Origin: Myxococcota bacterium
GTDB lineage: Bacteria > Myxococcota_A > UBA796 > CAJQPC01
Assembly: GCA_036012755.1 (NCBI GenBank)
Contig: DASCPX010000160.1
Span: 65,657-129,656, forward strand
DNA length: 64,000 bases
Direction: 5' to 3'
Shown here: piece after piece, positions 62,617-64,000 of the stretch
How the letters are laid out: every line of letters starts with the position of its first letter
Position numbering within the stretch: position 1 is the stretch's first letter
The notes under the pieces: model-generated
The model's database searches: none
Seen by the model: the letters and a program-made list of their open reading frames with translations, nothing else
Told to the model about the DNA's origin: nothing
Made by a program: the position numbers and the translations under genes

Positions 62617-64000
62617 ATGCTGTTCAACTCGCCCGTCTTCCCGCTCTTCTTCGCGGTCGTCTACCTGGTCTACCGCCTGGTCCCGCACCGGGCGCAGAAC
62701 GTGCTGCTGCTCGCGGCGAGCTACTTCTTCTATGCCTGGTGGGACTGGCGCTTCTGCGGGCTGATCCTGCTGTCCACCGTAGTGGACTACTTCTGCGCCC
62801 ACCGACTGGCGGCCGGGGGCGGACGCAAGTTCGTGGCGGTCTCCGTGGCTACGAACCTCTTGATCCTGGGGGTCTTCAAGTACCTGGGCTGGCTGGTCGA
62901 CGAGACCGCGCTGTTCCTCATCTACTGGGGCTTCACCGAGTCCCGGCCCGTGCTGGACATCCTGTTGCCGGTGGGCCTGTCCTTCTACACCTTCCAGTCG
63001 ATGGCCTACACCATCGACGTCCATCGAGGCCACGCCAAGCCGACGAGGAGCTTCCTCGACTTCGCCCTCTTCGTGAGCTTCTTCCCACAGCTGGTCGCGG
63101 GGCCCATCGAGCGCTTCTCGAAGCTGATGCCGCAGCTCGAGAAGCCACGCACCGTCACCACCGCCCAGACGGCCGAGGGCGGCTGGCTCATCCTTTGGGG
63201 CTACTTCAAGAAGCTCTTCGTCGCGGACAACCTGGCGATCCTCGTGAACGAGGTCTACGCCGACGGCGCCGAGCCCAGCGGGGCGATGGTGCTCATCGCC
63301 TTCTACGCCTTCACCTGGCAGATCTACTGCGACTTCTCCGGCTACACCGACATCGCGCGTGGGGTCGCGAAGCTGCTGGGCATCGAGCTGACGATCAACT
63401 TCAACCTGCCGTTCTTCGCCAAGAGCCCTCGGGAGATCTGGAGACGCTGGCACATCTCGCTGTCCCAGTGGCTGCGAGACTATCTCTACATCTCGCTCGG
63501 AGGCTCCAGAGGCGGCAAGCTCCGCACGCAGTTCAACCTCGCCATGACGATGCTCCTGGGTGGTCTCTGGCACGGCGCCAACTGGGTCTTCATCGTCTGG
63601 GGCGCCTACCACGGCCTGGCGCTCGCCATCCAGCGCCAGTTCAAGAGGCGCGAGCTCGGGCCTGTCGCCAGCTTCTTCGCCATCGTCGCCACCTTCCACT
63701 TCACGGTGCTCGGCTTCGCCATCTTCCGTGCCCAGTCGATGGGGCAGTTCGCCGGGCTGGCCCGCGCCCTGGTCACCGACTTCCACGTCTCCGAGGACGA
63801 CCGCTATGCCTTCATCCAGCTCGCGGTGCTCATCGCCGTCCCGCTGGTCGCCCAGATCGTGATGTACCTCCGCGGCGACGACCTCGAGCTCCTGTGGAAG
63901 CTCCCGAGGCCGGTCCAAGCCGTGCTCGCCATCGCCCTGTTCACGGCCATCGTGGTGCTGGGCTCGACCTACGGCCAGCAGTTCATCTACTTCCAGTTCT
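62617..64000 (+). CDS. MBOAT family O-acyltransferase (AlgI/DltB-like); stop codon probably just beyond the edge
   Basis: MLFNS...ASYFFY..W, LPVGLSFYTFQ, FFPQLVAGPI, QIYCDFSGYTD, WRRWHISLS, GLWHGA, QFIYFQF. Confidence 0.93.
   Translation, partial: MLFNSPVFPLFFAVVYLVYRLVPHRAQNVLLLAASYFFYAWWDWRFCGLILLSTVVDYFCAHRLAAGGGRKFVAVSVATNLLILGVFKYLGWLVDETALFLIYWGFTESRPVLDILLPVGLSFYTFQSMAYTIDVHRGHAKPTRSFLDFALFVSFFPQLVAGPIERFSKLMPQLEKPRTVTTAQTAEGGWLILWGYFKKLFVADNLAILVNEVYADGAEPSGAMVLIAFYAFTWQIYCDFSGYTDIARGVAKLLGIELTINFNLPFFAKSPREIWRRWHISLSQWLRDYLYISLGGSRGGKLRTQFNLAMTMLLGGLWHGANWVFIVWGAYHGLALAIQRQFKRRELGPVASFFAIVATFHFTVLGFAIFRAQSMGQFAGLARALVTDFHVSEDDRYAFIQLAVLIAVPLVAQIVMYLRGDDLELLWKLPRPVQAVLAIALFTAIVVLGSTYGQQFIYFQF

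Overview
GC-rich chromosomal window with dense genes on both strands. The gene content suggests a Myxococcota-like deltaproteobacterium (inference from extra Hsp70s, eukaryote-like (pseudo)kinases, many short-signal lipoproteins, a sigma54 system and myxobacterial-type SOS boxes). Recognisable housekeeping genes are metG, leuS, dtd, two inositol-monophosphatase-family genes, an RpoH-like sigma factor, tRNA-His(GTG), tRNA-Lys(CTT), an MBOAT acyltransferase and an iscS-iscU-iscA-hscB-hscA operon. I found no transposase, integrase, prophage or CRISPR array. The most notable observations are: (1) the isc operon is headed not by IscR but by a MerR-family regulator with a CxxC-x8-CxxC tail, under a promoter with two 23-bp operator-like repeats and a spacer palindrome; (2) a 62-aa membrane peptide gene, divergent from a WYL regulator, has a sigma70 promoter covered by two CTGAAC-N4-GTTCAG SOS-like boxes; (3) a three-gene run of pseudokinase, lipoprotein CHAT pseudo-protease and degenerate RHS protein without an immunity gene, in which all catalytic motifs appear lost; (4) a perfect sigma54 promoter drives a 56-aa membrane peptide near an enhancer-binding protein with a pseudo-receiver; (5) several other enzymes with degenerate active sites and several signalling genes broken by internal deletions or frameshifts. 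All functional calls come from motifs read by eye; no database searches were run.
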